Notes: generated from the letters alone by a model not told the origin. DNA of 53,296 nt from Candidatus Eiseniibacteriota bacterium (GCA_041486775.1 JBGPMB010000002.1:1-53296), one strand, 5' to 3'; counted from the stretch's first letter, positions 1 through 10,350 are shown. Translations and numbers: made by a program.

Positions 1-965
1 CCGAGGCCCTCGCCCGCCGCGATGCGGATCTGTTCCCGGACCAGGTCGATGCCGGTGACCATCTCGGTGACCGGATGCTCGACCTGGATGCGCGTGTTCA
101 TCTCGATGAAGTAGAAGCACCCGCTCTGGTCGACGAGAAACTCCACCGTCCCCGCCGACACGTAGTTGACGGCGTTGGCCACCGCGAGCGCTGCCTTGGC
201 GAGTCCCGCCCGCGTCTCCCGCGAGATGGCCGAGGCCGGGGACTCCTCGACCAGCTTCTGGTGGCGCCGCTGGATCGAGCATTCGCGCTCCCCGAGATGA
301 ATCAGATTCCCGTGCTTGTCCCCGATCACCTGGAACTCGATGTGCCGGGGATGGTGCACGTAGCGCTCCAGGTAAACCGCACCGTTCCCGAAATTGGCCT
401 CCGCCTCGGCCTGCGCGGTGCGAAGCCCGTTCCGAAGCGAGGATTCGTCGTTCGCGATCCGCATCCCCTTCCCGCCGCCTCCGGCCGCCGCCTTGATGAT
501 CACCGGGTAGCCCAGCTCCGCCGCCACCGCGGCGGCTTCGTCGGGCGACTCCAAGGCGCCCTCGCTTCCCGGCGTGACCGGCACGCCGGCTTGCACCATC
601 GTCTTCCGCGCGACCGCCTTGTCTCCCATGAGGCGGATCATCTCCGAGGTCGGTCCGATGAAGCGGATGTTGCACGACTCGACCACCTCGGCGAAGTGGG
701 CGTTCTCGGAGAGAAAGCCGTACCCGGGATGGATGGCGTCGGCCCCCGTGATCTCGGCGGCGCTGATGATCCGGGGGATGTGCAGATAGCTGGCCGCGGA
801 GGCCGGCGGCCCGATGCAGACCGCCTCGTCCGCGAGGCGCACGTGCAGCGAATCCCGGTCGGCCTCGGAGTAGACGGCCACGGTCTCGATTCCAAGCTCC
901 CGCGCCGCGCGGATGATCCGCAAGGCGATCTCGCCGCGGTTGGCGATCAGGATTTTCTTGAACAT
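1..965 (-). CDS. accC: acetyl-CoA carboxylase, biotin carboxylase subunit (N-terminal part; 3' end runs off the window)
   Basis: Absent from the ORF track because it is open at the window edge. My reverse-strand translation from the ATG at 965..963 reads [42 protein letters not shown]..., the canonical biotin carboxylase N-terminus. The frame stays open to base 1. Confidence 0.9.
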   Translation of the reverse strand, partial: MFKKILIANRGEIALRIIRAARELGIETVAVYSEADRDSLHVRLADEAVCIGPPASAASYLHIPRIISAAEITGADAIHPGYGFLSENAHFAEVVESCNIRFIGPTSEMIRLMGDKAVARKTMVQAGVPVTPGSEGALESPDEAAAVAAELGYPVIIKAAAGGGGKGMRIANDESSLRNGLRTAQAEAEANFGNGAVYLERYVHHPRHIEFQVIGDKHGNLIHLGERECSIQRRHQKLVEESPASAISRETRAGLAKAALAVANAVNYVSAGTVEFLVDQSGCFYFIEMNTRIQVEHPVTEMVTGIDLVREQIRIAAGEGL

Positions 966-969
966 TCGG

Positions 970-2094
970 CTAGACGGGGGTCTCTTTGTTCTCGAACGGC
1001 TTCCAGGACTCGTCCGACGTGGCGTGGATTCCCTTCACGCGAAGCTCGAACTCGGTCGGATTGGAGCAGTACCGGAGCGCCGTCTCGAGGCTGATCTTCC
1101 CCTCCGTGTGGAACTTCATGATGGCCTGGTCGAAGGTCTGCATGCCGTATTGCGACACGCCTTCCTGGATCGCGCCCTTGATCAGGGACGTCTTCGACGG
1201 ATCGAGAAGGTACTCGCGGATGGTGGCGGTTGCCACCATGACTTCCGCCGCCGGAATTCGCCCGGATTGGTCGGAGCGCGGCATGAGCCGGAGCGCGATC
1301 ACCGCCTGGAGCGTGGCGGAGAGCATGTACCGCGTCTCCTCGTGCTGATGGGGCGGGAAGAAGGACAGGATCCGGTTGATCGTCTGCGCCGCGTCGGTCG
1401 TGTGGAGCGTGGTAAGCACGAGGTGGCCCGTGTCCGCCGCCATGAGCGCGGTCTGCATCGTCTCGGCGTCCCGGATCTCACCGATCAGGATCACGTCGGG
1501 ATCCTGACGCAGGATGTGCTTCAAGCCCTCGGCGAAGGAGGCCGTGTCGAGGCCCACCTCGCGCTGGGAGATGGTGCTCTTCTTGTCGCGGTAGAGGAAC
1601 TCCACCGGGTCCTCGATCGTGATCACGTTCTTGGCGATCGTTCGGTTCACCGAGTCGATCATGGCGGCCAGCGTGGTGGACTTGCCGCTCCCCACCGTTC
1701 CGCACACCAGCACGAGCCCGCGCGGGCGCGTCGCGATCTCCTCGATGGTCGACGGGAGATTCAGCTCCTCGAACGACGGAATGGTGGCCGGCACCTGCCG
1801 GAACACCATGGCGATGGTCCCGCGCTGCTGGTAGAAGTTGCTCCGGAAGCGCGAAAGGCCCGTCACGCCGAAGGCGAAGTCCACCTCCTTCGTCTCCTCG
1901 AAGGTCTTCTTCTGCTTCGGCGTCAGGATCTGATCCACGATCGCTTCGAGGTCGGCCTGTCCCGGCGCCGGCTCGTCGAGCGTCACGAGGGCCCCGTTCA
2001 CTCGCGCGGTGGGCTTGGTGCCCACCTTGACGTGAAGGTCGGACGCCTTGAGCTCCACCATCTTTTGCAGCACTCGCTTGATATTCATCCCCAC
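970..2094 (-). CDS. pilT: type IV pilus retraction ATPase, PilT/PilU family
   Basis: 374-aa ORF with Walker [11 protein letters not shown], Walker [13 protein letters not shown] and the [11 protein letters not shown] His box. The [21 protein letters not shown]-terminus is typical of PilT. Confidence 0.85.
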   Translation of the reverse strand: MGMNIKRVLQKMVELKASDLHVKVGTKPTARVNGALVTLDEPAPGQADLEAIVDQILTPKQKKTFEETKEVDFAFGVTGLSRFRSNFYQQRGTIAMVFRQVPATIPSFEELNLPSTIEEIATRPRGLVLVCGTVGSGKSTTLAAMIDSVNRTIAKNVITIEDPVEFLYRDKKSTISQREVGLDTASFAEGLKHILRQDPDVILIGEIRDAETMQTALMAADTGHLVLTTLHTTDAAQTINRILSFFPPHQHEETRYMLSATLQAVIALRLMPRSDQSGRIPAAEVMVATATIREYLLDPSKTSLIKGAIQEGVSQYGMQTFDQAIMKFHTEGKISLETALRYCSNPTEFELRVKGIHATSDESWKPFENKETPV

Positions 2095-2108
2095 TCCCCT
2101 CGCACGGG

Positions 2109-2557
<449 letters not shown>

Positions 2558-2561
<4 letters not shown>

Positions 2562-3022
2562 CGTCCTCTCCCCCGCGCCTTGGCCTGCTTGAGCCGGGCC
2601 GCGAGCTCGCGGAGCCCCAGCTCGTAGCTCCGGGCCCCGAACCCCATGACCACGCCGGACGCGGCGGCGCCGGTCAGACTCACCGAGCGCGCCTCGCCGC
2701 GCGCGTAGAGATTCGTGAGGTGCACCTCGATCACCGGCACGGCGCTCGCGCGCATCGCGTCGGCAAGCGCCCGGCTCGTGTGCGTGAGCCCGCCCGGATT
2801 GATGAGACACCCCCCGGCGGCGCCACTGGCGATGTGCAGGCGATCGATGAGAGCGCCCTCATGGTTCGTCTGAAAACACTCCACCGTGAGCCCCAATTCT
2901 TCCCCGAGCTTCTGGAGCCTCTTGTCGATGGACGCGAGGGTCTCCTTCCCGTAGAGCGCCGGCTCGCGCGTGCCGAGCAGATTCATGTTCGGCCCGTGCA
3001 ATACCCAGATGGCCTTTGCCAT
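2558..3022 (-). CDS. aroQ: type II 3-dehydroquinate dehydratase
   Basis: 154 aa with HGPNMNLLGTREP and INPGGLTHTS motifs. Confidence 0.9.
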
Positions 3023-3933
3023 CAGCGCGGACCGCCCTTGAGCCGGTTGAGCCAGGTCTCGAACGAGGACTTGTTCTGCACGAGCTTCGGCGGGCCGGCG
3101 GGCTCCGCGGGAGGAAGCGGATTCTTCGGAAGCTCGGTCCAGTTGAAGACCGCCGCGTCGGGAGCGGATGGCGCCGCGGCCGCGGACGGCGCAACGGGCG
3201 CGGGTGGCGCAACGGGCGCGGGCGGCGCAACGGTCGCGGGCGGTGCTACGGGCGCGGACGTCACAGCCGGTGGCGCCGCGGGCTCCGCCTTCGCCTCCGG
3301 AGAAGCCGTGTGCTCCACGTCGAGCCGGTCGAACGCCATCTCCTGGAAATCCTGGACCTTGGCCTCGTAGGGCTTGGGCGTCTCGTAGTCGAAGGACTCG
3401 ATGGTGTGGAGGCCGAGCGAGATCTCGCCCAAGTATTCCTCTTCACGCGGCGGCTGCACCGGCTGCCAGGTCATCTCCCCCTGCGCGACCACAAGATCGG
3501 GCGGGCGGACCTCGGGAAATTCTCCGGATGTGATCTGGTGGAGCGCCGATTGCGATTCGAGATCGCCGGGATCGATGCGGCAGACCGCGCGGTAGAAATC
3601 GGAAGCCGCGCCGTGACGTCCCTCGTGCGAGAGAATTCCGGCGAGCGCCTTGAGCGCGACCACGTTCTCGCGATCCAATTCGACGGCCGCCTCGAATTGC
3701 GCGCGCGCTTCGGTCAGGCGCCCCGCGGCGAGATAGCAGCGGCCGAGCACGACGTGATCGCCGACCCCTTGGCCCGGACGCCCACGGCGCTCTTCGCAGA
3801 GGCGGATCGCCTCTTCCACTCTGCCCTGCTCGCGCATGCGCTCGGCGACGGGAAGATAAAGCGGCGACGTCGGATCCTGTGACACGATCCGTTCGAGCAG
3901 CGCGGTTGAATCGTTGCTTACGTCCTCGGACAT
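3022..3933 (-). CDS. TPR-repeat protein with Pro/Ala-rich hexapeptide-repeat C-terminal half
   Basis: 303 aa. The N-terminal half has TPR-like helices (GRVEEAIRLCEE..., GRLTEARAQFEAAVELD). The C-terminal half has APPAPV-type repeats encoded by the 18-bp tandem repeat at 3188-3259. Confidence 0.6.
   Translation of the reverse strand: MSEDVSNDSTALLERIVSQDPTSPLYLPVAERMREQGRVEEAIRLCEERRGRPGQGVGDHVVLGRCYLAAGRLTEARAQFEAAVELDRENVVALKALAGILSHEGRHGAASDFYRAVCRIDPGDLESQSALHQITSGEFPEVRPPDLVVAQGEMTWQPVQPPREEEYLGEISLGLHTIESFDYETPKPYEAKVQDFQEMAFDRLDVEHTASPEAKAEPAAPPAVTSAPVAPPATVAPPAPVAPPAPVAPSAAAAPSAPDAAVFNWTELPKNPLPPAEPAGPPKLVQNKSSFETWLNRLKGGPR
3188..3259 (-). repeat. 18-bp tandem repeat x4 (ggcgcaacgggcgcgggy) encoding (APPAPV)n
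   Basis: Units at 3188-3205, 3206-3223, 3224-3241 and 3242-3259, read directly. The first two differ at one base; the later two are more diverged. Confidence 0.85.
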
Positions 3934-3941
3934 GACCCCCT

Positions 3942-5051
3942 CTAGGGTTTCTGGACGAGGCTCAGGATCACCCCCCGGAGCGGGGTAAGCGACGGTAGTT
4001 CATAGGTTTTAGCCGCTCCGATCGCGGGGGACAATACCATTCGCGTGCCGACGCGTCCACGCTTCTTGTCCCGCTCCAGCGCGCGCCAGAACCTTCTCCC
4101 GGGACGGAGCTTCAAGCCCACCGGCAGGCCGAGCGACCGAAGGAGCTCCTCCACCTCCCGCGCCGCGGCGGGATCCAGGCCCAAGGCGCGAACGCTCAGC
4201 CGTAGCGCCGCGACCATTCCGATCGACACCGCTTCGCCGTGCGTCAAGCGCCCGTATCCCAGCGAAACCTCGAGCGCGTGCCCCACCGTGTGCCCGAAGT
4301 TGAGCTCGCGCCGGATCCCGCGATCCTCCGGGTCGCGCGAAACGTACCAGGCCTTCTCGCGCGCCGCGGCGCGGATCAGGCCGGCGAGGCGCGCGCGGCC
4401 CGGCCCCTCGAGCGCCCAACGCGCGTCGCCCCCTCGCGCCAGGCGCCGCAGGCCGGCGAGGATCGCCGGGCGCCGGACGACGCCGATCTTCGCGACCTCC
4501 GCGAGACCGGACCGGAACGCGCGCGGCGAGAGGGTGCGGAGCGCGTCCGGATCGCAGAAGACGCCGCGAGGATGATGAAAGGCGCCCACCAGATTCTTCC
4601 CCCCGGGGAGGTTCACGCCCACCTTGCCGCCGATCGAGGCATCCGCCTGCGCCAAGACCGTGGTCGGGAACGCATACCAGTCGAGCCCGCGCGCGTAAGT
4701 TGCGGCCGCGAAGCCCGCCACGTCCGAGACGACGCCCCCGCCCAGCGCGAGCACCCGGGCCGAGCGGTCCACGCGCCACGCGGCCCACCGCTCGCAGAGC
4801 GCGCGCACGTGCGCGAGCGTCTTCGAGCGCTCGCCGGCCGGAAGCGTGACCACGCGCGGGGAGAACCCCGCGCGGCGGAGGCTCGCCAGGAATCGGGCGC
4901 CGTGAAGACGCGCCACGGTGCGGTCGGTCACCACGAGGACGCCTCTCGGGGCCCGATCGGCGCGGAGGAGCGCTCCGGCGCGATCAAGCAGCCCCGGTGA
5001 GATCCGGATCGGGTAGCGGATGCGCCCGCGCGAAGCCGAGACCCGGATCAT
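3942..5051 (-). CDS. aroB: 3-dehydroquinate synthase
   Basis: C-terminal 369 aa of track ORF 3942..5969, starting MIRVSASRGRIRYPI. It has LGGGVVSDVAGFAAATYARG and HGEAVSIGM motifs. The ATG at 5051 overlaps the upstream stop (ATGA), and the remaining 5' part of the track ORF is Arg-rich shadow. Confidence 0.85.
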   Translation of the reverse strand: MIRVSASRGRIRYPIRISPGLLDRAGALLRADRAPRGVLVVTDRTVARLHGARFLASLRRAGFSPRVVTLPAGERSKTLAHVRALCERWAAWRVDRSARVLALGGGVVSDVAGFAAATYARGLDWYAFPTTVLAQADASIGGKVGVNLPGGKNLVGAFHHPRGVFCDPDALRTLSPRAFRSGLAEVAKIGVVRRPAILAGLRRLARGGDARWALEGPGRARLAGLIRAAAREKAWYVSRDPEDRGIRRELNFGHTVGHALEVSLGYGRLTHGEAVSIGMVAALRLSVRALGLDPAAAREVEELLRSLGLPVGLKLRPGRRFWRALERDKKRGRVGTRMVLSPAIGAAKTYELPSLTPLRGVILSLVQKP

Positions 5052-6016
5052 CGGACTGTGATCGTCTCCGCGATCGCCTGGAGCTCGCGCAGGTACGGGA
5101 GCTTGGGACGACCGGGCGCGAACACCGCGAGGTCCACGTAGTAGCGCCTTCCTTCGCGGGAGACGTCGTAGAAGCGGTACGGCCCCGCGGCGCTCACCTC
5201 GGCGTCTTCCCACCGGCCGTGGATCTGCCGCAGCGCGCCGGTCATCTCGGCGGGGGTGAGGATGGGGTCCGTGCGATCGAGCGTGCGCTCGTTGGGCCGG
5301 AACGTGCGCGCGAGCGCGTCGCGGGCCCCCTTCAGGTCGGAATCGGCATGCCCCGCCCCCTCGGGAGCGATGGTCAAGAGACGCGCGGGCGGTCCCGGAT
5401 CGAGGAGAAGGGCCGCGTGGGTCTTGGGATCGATGCGAACCTCGTACCCACGCGGGACACGGAGGCTGAATCCGAGAAGCCGCTTGAGGCGCCGCTCCGC
5501 CTCGGCGTCGCGCGGCAGCGCGAGAAGGCGCGCGCGCACGGTGGCAAAGGCGGCGCGGTCGAGCTCGAGGAAGATCCGGTTCTGGTAGTGGGAGAGAAGG
5601 GGTAGAAGGCTCTCGCGGCTCGGCGCCCAGAACATCCCGGCGGCCTGCCCGCGGAGCCAGATATCGGAAGCGAAGACGAACGGAACCTTGGCGCCGGCGC
5701 GAAGCCGGTCCAGCGGCGCCAGCGTGCCGGGGATGGAGTCCGGCGGGCCGTATCCCAAGAAGAGGACGTTGCGCGCGCGGAAGCTCTGGGCGTCTTCCGC
5801 GGCGGCGACGTGCACCGCGTAGGCGGTCTCGTCCTCGATCGAGATGGCGGGACGCTCCAGCACGGCGCGCAGGAAGAGGACTTCGGGAGCGTCGGCGGGA
5901 AGCGAGGTCACGAGCGTGACGTCCCGGCTTCCGCCCTCGGCGAAGGGCCGCCCACCGCACGCCGCGCACGCGAGCAGGAGCAGCGGAAGAAAAGCCGTGG
6001 CGGCCGAGCGCGTCAT
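5048..6016 (-). CDS. hypothetical lipoprotein
   Basis: 322 aa with signal peptide and lipobox (FLPLLLLACAAC). There are no recognisable catalytic motifs. GC3-rich coding look and tight coupling to aroB support a real gene. Confidence 0.6.
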   Translation of the reverse strand: MTRSAATAFLPLLLLACAACGGRPFAEGGSRDVTLVTSLPADAPEVLFLRAVLERPAISIEDETAYAVHVAAAEDAQSFRARNVLFLGYGPPDSIPGTLAPLDRLRAGAKVPFVFASDIWLRGQAAGMFWAPSRESLLPLLSHYQNRIFLELDRAAFATVRARLLALPRDAEAERRLKRLLGFSLRVPRGYEVRIDPKTHAALLLDPGPPARLLTIAPEGAGHADSDLKGARDALARTFRPNERTLDRTDPILTPAEMTGALRQIHGRWEDAEVSAAGPYRFYDVSREGRRYYVDLAVFAPGRPKLPYLRELQAIAETITVR

Positions 6017-6052
6017 GATGGGCGGCAGGCTACCACAGGGTGCCGGCCGGGA

Positions 6053-7249
6053 CTAGCGCCGGGGGGGGCCCTCGAGGGTCTTGATGCGGTCTTCCACCTG
6101 CTTCGTCTCGGTCTCGAGCTTCTCGAGCGAACGCCTCAGGCGCTTGATCTCTTCGCTCCGATCGTCCGGGCGGGGCAGGACAGGCGCCCGCAAGGCGCCT
6201 TCGAGCGTCGCGTGCACGGGGAAGATGTCGGCGCCGCGCGAGACCGTCATCTCGACCTCGTCCCCCGGCTTCAAGACGCGGACCATCGATGTCATCTCAT
6301 CGCTGGAATGGACCGGTGTTCCCTCGAAGGCGAGGATGCGGTCCCCGACCTTGATGCTCGCCTTGTCGGCGGGACTATTCGGGACCACTCCCTCCACGAG
6401 CACCCCGAGACTGTCCACGAGGACGCCCCGCCTCATCTGGACGCCCAGGAAGGCGCGCCGGACGCTGCCGAATTGCTCGAGGTCTTCCGAGATCCTCTGG
6501 AGCTGGTCGATGGGAAGCGCGATCAGAAGATCCCCGTTCTGCTTCTGGTCCTCACCGTCGGGCTCCGCCACCGGCGAGCTGGGCCCGCGCTCGGGAGATT
6601 TCATGGCGCGGCCGACGACGATCGCGACCCATTCACCCGCTTCGTTCAGGACGGCCCCGCCGCTCGCGCCCGGAGAGGCGGAGGATTCGATCTCCACGAT
6701 CTCGCCCGAGTAGGGAAAGTCGACACGCTCGCCGCGGCCGACCACCTGCCCCAGCGTGATCTGGGGCCTCGTGATGCTGACATTGGAGATCACCGCGACC
6801 CAGGAGCCCGCGGCGATGGATTGCGGCGAGGCCTGGCGGAGCGGGGTGAGCGGCTCACCCTCGACCGAGAAGAGCGCGATGTTGGACTGGCGGTCGACAC
6901 CCCGGACGCGGGCCTCCCGCTTCAATCCATCGCCCAAGAGCACGCTGAAGGAGCCTCCCGGAATGGCCATGCTCGCGGTGGTGAGAAGGCGATTGGGACT
7001 CAGCACGACCGCGGTGCCCATGAGCCGCCGCACCGGCCGATCGCCCCGGGGACGCGAATCGGATCCCGGCATAGCGACCAGGGTCACGACGCTGGTCCGC
7101 GCGGAATCGACGCCGATCAGGAGGGTGGCTTCTTCGGAGCGCAGAGGGAGGATGCTGGTGGCACCCGCGTGGGACATCCACAGGGCGAGCGACGCGACGA
7201 GAACGGCCGGCGCGGCGAAGCGCCGGGGCCGGATTCGGATCACGGGCAT
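6053..7249 (-). CDS. HtrA/DegP-like trypsin-fold protein with PDZ domain; catalytic His and Asp replaced (probable pseudo-protease)
   Basis: 398 aa. GASGGAV matches the GNSGG serine box. TTASM replaces TNNHV, and SNIALFSV replaces SDIALIQ. A PDZ-like region (GVLVEGVVPNSPADKASIKVGDRILAF) and a C-terminal coiled coil follow. Confidence 0.75.
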   Translation of the reverse strand: MPVIRIRPRRFAAPAVLVASLALWMSHAGATSILPLRSEEATLLIGVDSARTSVVTLVAMPGSDSRPRGDRPVRRLMGTAVVLSPNRLLTTASMAIPGGSFSVLLGDGLKREARVRGVDRQSNIALFSVEGEPLTPLRQASPQSIAAGSWVAVISNVSITRPQITLGQVVGRGERVDFPYSGEIVEIESSASPGASGGAVLNEAGEWVAIVVGRAMKSPERGPSSPVAEPDGEDQKQNGDLLIALPIDQLQRISEDLEQFGSVRRAFLGVQMRRGVLVDSLGVLVEGVVPNSPADKASIKVGDRILAFEGTPVHSSDEMTSMVRVLKPGDEVEMTVSRGADIFPVHATLEGALRAPVLPRPDDRSEEIKRLRRSLEKLETETKQVEDRIKTLEGPPRR

Positions 7250-7278
7250 GATGGCGCGCTCCGAGTCAGGCGTTCCGC

Positions 7279-7995
7279 CTAGAAGACGATGTATACGCCG
7301 TCGTCCTGCGTCGCGTTGACGGGGACGATGGAGGGATCCTGTGCCTGACCGCCGCGCTCGAGATAGAACTGGTCGTTGATGATCTCATCGGTGTACCGCT
7401 GGCTGGGGACCCGCCCGTCCACGATCGAATCACGCCCGGCCGTACCCGTTCGCGCCGCGCTGGCCACCACGGAGCTCACGCCCCCGGAAGCAGCCTCGGG
7501 CGATGGGACCGAAGGCGTGTTCCCCTGGGCCAGGGTGGGAGACTGCGATGAGATGGTACCGGACGATGGGCCGGGCGTGACACCCGCCGCGGGCGCCTGG
7601 CTGCGCGAGGCGACCGTCAGCGCGGGAGCCGGGCGCAGGAGACCCTGCCCCACCGGGGAGAGCAAGAACGCGACCACGACGGCGGCGGCGCCCGCGCCCG
7701 CCATGGGGAGCGGCCGGAGACGAAGGGGAGAAAGCAACTCGAGGATCATCTCGCGGACGCCGGGACGCAGCCCTTCGCCGGAGCGGATCTTCGCGTAGAT
7801 ATCCTCGTCGAAATGAGCGCTGGGCTCGACGACGGGCATCCGTTCCAAGATCGACATCGTGGCCCTCACCTCGCGCAGCGCGAGCGAGCAGCGACGACAT
7901 CCCATGAGATGCGCCTCGAGGTTGCGGCGCTCCTCCTGGCTGATCTCGTCCTCGACGTACGACGAGAACAATGATTCGACCGACCGGCAGTTCAT
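7279..7995 (-). CDS. anti-sigma factor, zf-HC2 type, single-pass membrane protein
   Basis: C-terminal 238 aa of track ORF 7279..8472, starting MNCRSVESLF. It has the HLMGCRRC (H-x3-C-x2-C) motif and a TM segment AGAAAVVVAFLL. The ATG at 7995 overlaps the sigma factor stop (ATGA). Confidence 0.75.
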   Translation of the reverse strand: MNCRSVESLFSSYVEDEISQEERRNLEAHLMGCRRCSLALREVRATMSILERMPVVEPSAHFDEDIYAKIRSGEGLRPGVREMILELLSPLRLRPLPMAGAGAAAVVVAFLLSPVGQGLLRPAPALTVASRSQAPAAGVTPGPSSGTISSQSPTLAQGNTPSVPSPEAASGGVSSVVASAARTGTAGRDSIVDGRVPSQRYTDEIINDQFYLERGGQAQDPSIVPVNATQDDGVYIVF

Positions 7996-8615
7996 GCGTC
8001 CTCCAGATTCAAATGCGGTTTGAGTCGCTCCTTCAGCATCAGCCGGGCACGATTGATCCGTGATCGCACGGTGCCGCCCGGGATTCGGAGGATCTCTCCC
8101 ACTTCCTCGTAGCTCAACCCCTCGATATCGCGGAGCACCACGGCCTCGCGGTACCGAGCGGGTATCTTTTCGAGCGCCTCCGCCACGCGCCGGCGGATCT
8201 CGCTCGCATTCAGGTCTTCGTCGGGCAGGGGTTTCAGATCGGGGAACGCAAGCCCCTGCCCTCCGGAATCCTCTTCCATCGCATCCAGGCTGAACGTGCC
8301 CTTGTGCCGCACGCGGCTCCGGATCTCGTTCTTGGTCAGGTTGACCGCGATCGTGAAAATCCACGTCGAGAACTTGCCGCTCTTCCGATAACGCTCGCGG
8401 TTCCGGTAGACGCGGAGGAAAACTTCCTGGCTGATCTCTTCGGCCCGGTCCCGGTCGTTGATGAACCGGCACACGAGATTCATGATCCGCGAGCGATACC
8501 GCTGGACGAGCGCGCGAAAAGCCGTCTCGGAGCCCAGGGCACAGCGCTCCATGACGTCTTCATCGGTCAGCTCGGCTAACTCGAGCTTTTTCACTAGGCG
8601 TAGCTCGCTGGGCAT
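7992..8615 (-). CDS. rpoE: ECF (sigma-70 family, group 4) RNA polymerase sigma factor
   Basis: 207 aa with region 2 (FRALVQRYRSRIMNLVCRF, EISQEVFLRVY, STWIFTIAVN) and region 4 (REAVVLRDIEGLSYEEVGEILRIPGGTVRSRINRAR). Confidence 0.9.
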   Translation of the reverse strand: MPSELRLVKKLELAELTDEDVMERCALGSETAFRALVQRYRSRIMNLVCRFINDRDRAEEISQEVFLRVYRNRERYRKSGKFSTWIFTIAVNLTKNEIRSRVRHKGTFSLDAMEEDSGGQGLAFPDLKPLPDEDLNASEIRRRVAEALEKIPARYREAVVLRDIEGLSYEEVGEILRIPGGTVRSRINRARLMLKERLKPHLNLEDA

Positions 8616-8622
8616 TCACTCT

Positions 8623-8645
8623 CCGTGGTAGTCGATACACCACGG
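8623..8645 (-). promoter_or_regulatory. 7-bp perfect inverted repeat (CCGTGGT-N9-ACCACGG) in the rpoE 5' leader, abutting the Shine-Dalgarno
   Basis: Read directly. On the mRNA strand the 3' arm ends at ACCACGGAGAG, where GGAGAG is the likely SD 3 nt before ATG 8615. Confidence 0.3.
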
Positions 8646-8676
8646 GGTGTTGCCGGTTCCGGTACGGACCGAATTC

Positions 8677-10350
8677 TTAGGGCTTGGAGAAGAGGGTGAG
8701 CCCCGCCGGGCTCGTGGGGGGACGTTTCTCGCGTGCCCGGGACTCGGCGGTCCGAGCCTCGCTATCCAGCCTCAGGGCCCGGCATACGCGCCCGAGCATG
8801 AACTCCGCGTCGGACCCGGCGTCCGGGCAGCCAACCGCGCGCTTCAACAAATCCCTAGCTAACTCCAATTGTCCCATATTGTAGCGTATGGTGCCGAGGA
8901 GCGCCAGGGCCCTGCCGTTCCTGGGATCAAGCTCCACGGCCCGGTCCAGTCTCTGGAGCGCCCGGTCCATGGCTCCCTGACTCAAGTCTGATGCCGCCAG
9001 GAAATAAAGGCACTCGGAATTCTCCCGGCCGAGGCCGTTCAGCTTCTGAAAGGCCCATTCCGCCACCAGGCTGTCGCCGATCGAAACGGCGGCCCGGCCC
9101 AATTCCGCATAGAGGTTGGCGCTCTCCGACCCCCGGGACGCTCCCTCCCGCATGAGCGAGACCGCCTCCTCGGGATGATGGAGGAGCATGTAACAGAGGG
9201 CGCCCGCCAGGATGCGACGCGGGCTGGCGAGGAGCCCCTCCCGGATCTGCTCCAGAACCTGCACCCCCCGGTGCCGGTCACCCACCTTGATCTCGAGGTA
9301 GGCCACCACCAGGGACTCGTCCTGGGTGAGGGTTCGGAGCCCGCCCAGCTTCCGGAAGCAGCGGAGGGCCGTCTTTTCATCCGAGAGGGCGACCAGGGCC
9401 CGGCCCCGAACCGGGAGCGCGGCCGGATTGTTCTCGATGGGCTTCACCGCGGTGAGCGCCGCACGGTACTCCCCGTCCCGCACCAACGTGCGGCCGGCGT
9501 TCACGCGCGCGTCGACCGGATCGAATCCGCGCCGCGCCATGGTCAGAAGAAAGGCCTCCGCGGCCTTTCTCTCCCCCTCGCGAAAGAGGTACGAGGCGTA
9601 TGCCGCCACCTGCTCGGGAAGCGCGCCCTGGGCCTCGGCGCGCCGCCGGAGCAGTTTCTCCTCGAGCGCCTTGTCCCCCGTGCGACGCGCCAGCTCGACA
9701 CCCAGTCCCAAGGTCCGGGGGTCGTCCGGGTTGAGCGTCAGCGCCAGCTCGAGCGCCTCCGAGGCTTCGCTCAGGCGACCGTCCTCGAGGGCCATGGCCA
9801 GCACACCGTTCGCCACCCACCCGAAGTCCGGAAGAAGCTCTCCCGTGCGCTTCAGGTCGGCCAGCGACGCCTCGTAATTCTTGTCCAGCTCGTGGGCGAG
9901 CGCGCGGAGCGCGTAGAGCTCGGGTCGCGCGCCCAGGAGACGGAGCGGCGGCGTGAGCGCCTTCGCCGCGATCGAGGCTTCCCCCGCGCGCAGGCGCATC
10001 CGTCCGACGAGCATGGCCGCGTCCTGGTTCAGGCTGTCCATGAGGAGCGAGCGGTCGCCCCACGCGAGCGCCCGCGTGTCCTCTCCCGAGGACTCGAGCA
10101 GCTGCGCCAGGCGCCACGCGGCGAAACTGGACCGCGGATCCGCCGCCGTGAGCTGCTCGGCCCAATGCTGTGCCTCCTCCATGTTGCCGCTTTCCTGGGC
10201 CACGGTGGAGCGCGCGAGCAATTCGAGATTCAGGGGGATGACGCGGGGAGCCGGCGCCTGGGCCGAGGAAGATCCGGCCAGGGCGGCGAGAAGTACCAAA
10301 GCCAGAAGGGTCGAGCCCATTCGTGAGCCGATGTCTCTAGTCAGGGTCAC
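8677..10350 (-). CDS. secreted TPR-repeat protein
   Basis: 557 aa with signal peptide (STLLALVLLAALAGSSSAQA) and many TPR-like helical pairs. The start is uncertain: GTG at 10350 or ATG at 10320. Confidence 0.65.
   Translation of the reverse strand: MTLTRDIGSRMGSTLLALVLLAALAGSSSAQAPAPRVIPLNLELLARSTVAQESGNMEEAQHWAEQLTAADPRSSFAAWRLAQLLESSGEDTRALAWGDRSLLMDSLNQDAAMLVGRMRLRAGEASIAAKALTPPLRLLGARPELYALRALAHELDKNYEASLADLKRTGELLPDFGWVANGVLAMALEDGRLSEASEALELALTLNPDDPRTLGLGVELARRTGDKALEEKLLRRRAEAQGALPEQVAAYASYLFREGERKAAEAFLLTMARRGFDPVDARVNAGRTLVRDGEYRAALTAVKPIENNPAALPVRGRALVALSDEKTALRCFRKLGGLRTLTQDESLVVAYLEIKVGDRHRGVQVLEQIREGLLASPRRILAGALCYMLLHHPEEAVSLMREGASRGSESANLYAELGRAAVSIGDSLVAEWAFQKLNGLGRENSECLYFLAASDLSQGAMDRALQRLDRAVELDPRNGRALALLGTIRYNMGQLELARDLLKRAVGCPDAGSDAEFMLGRVCRALRLDSEARTAESRAREKRPPTSPAGLTLFSKP

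Noticed and set aside
8616-8676. A possible autoregulated ECF promoter upstream of rpoE (GGAACC at about 8658-8653 on the minus strand).
   Set aside because: The only CGT/TCGA-like -10 candidates lie 11 or 20 nt after the AAC instead of ~16-17, so the motif spacing does not fit known ECF promoters.
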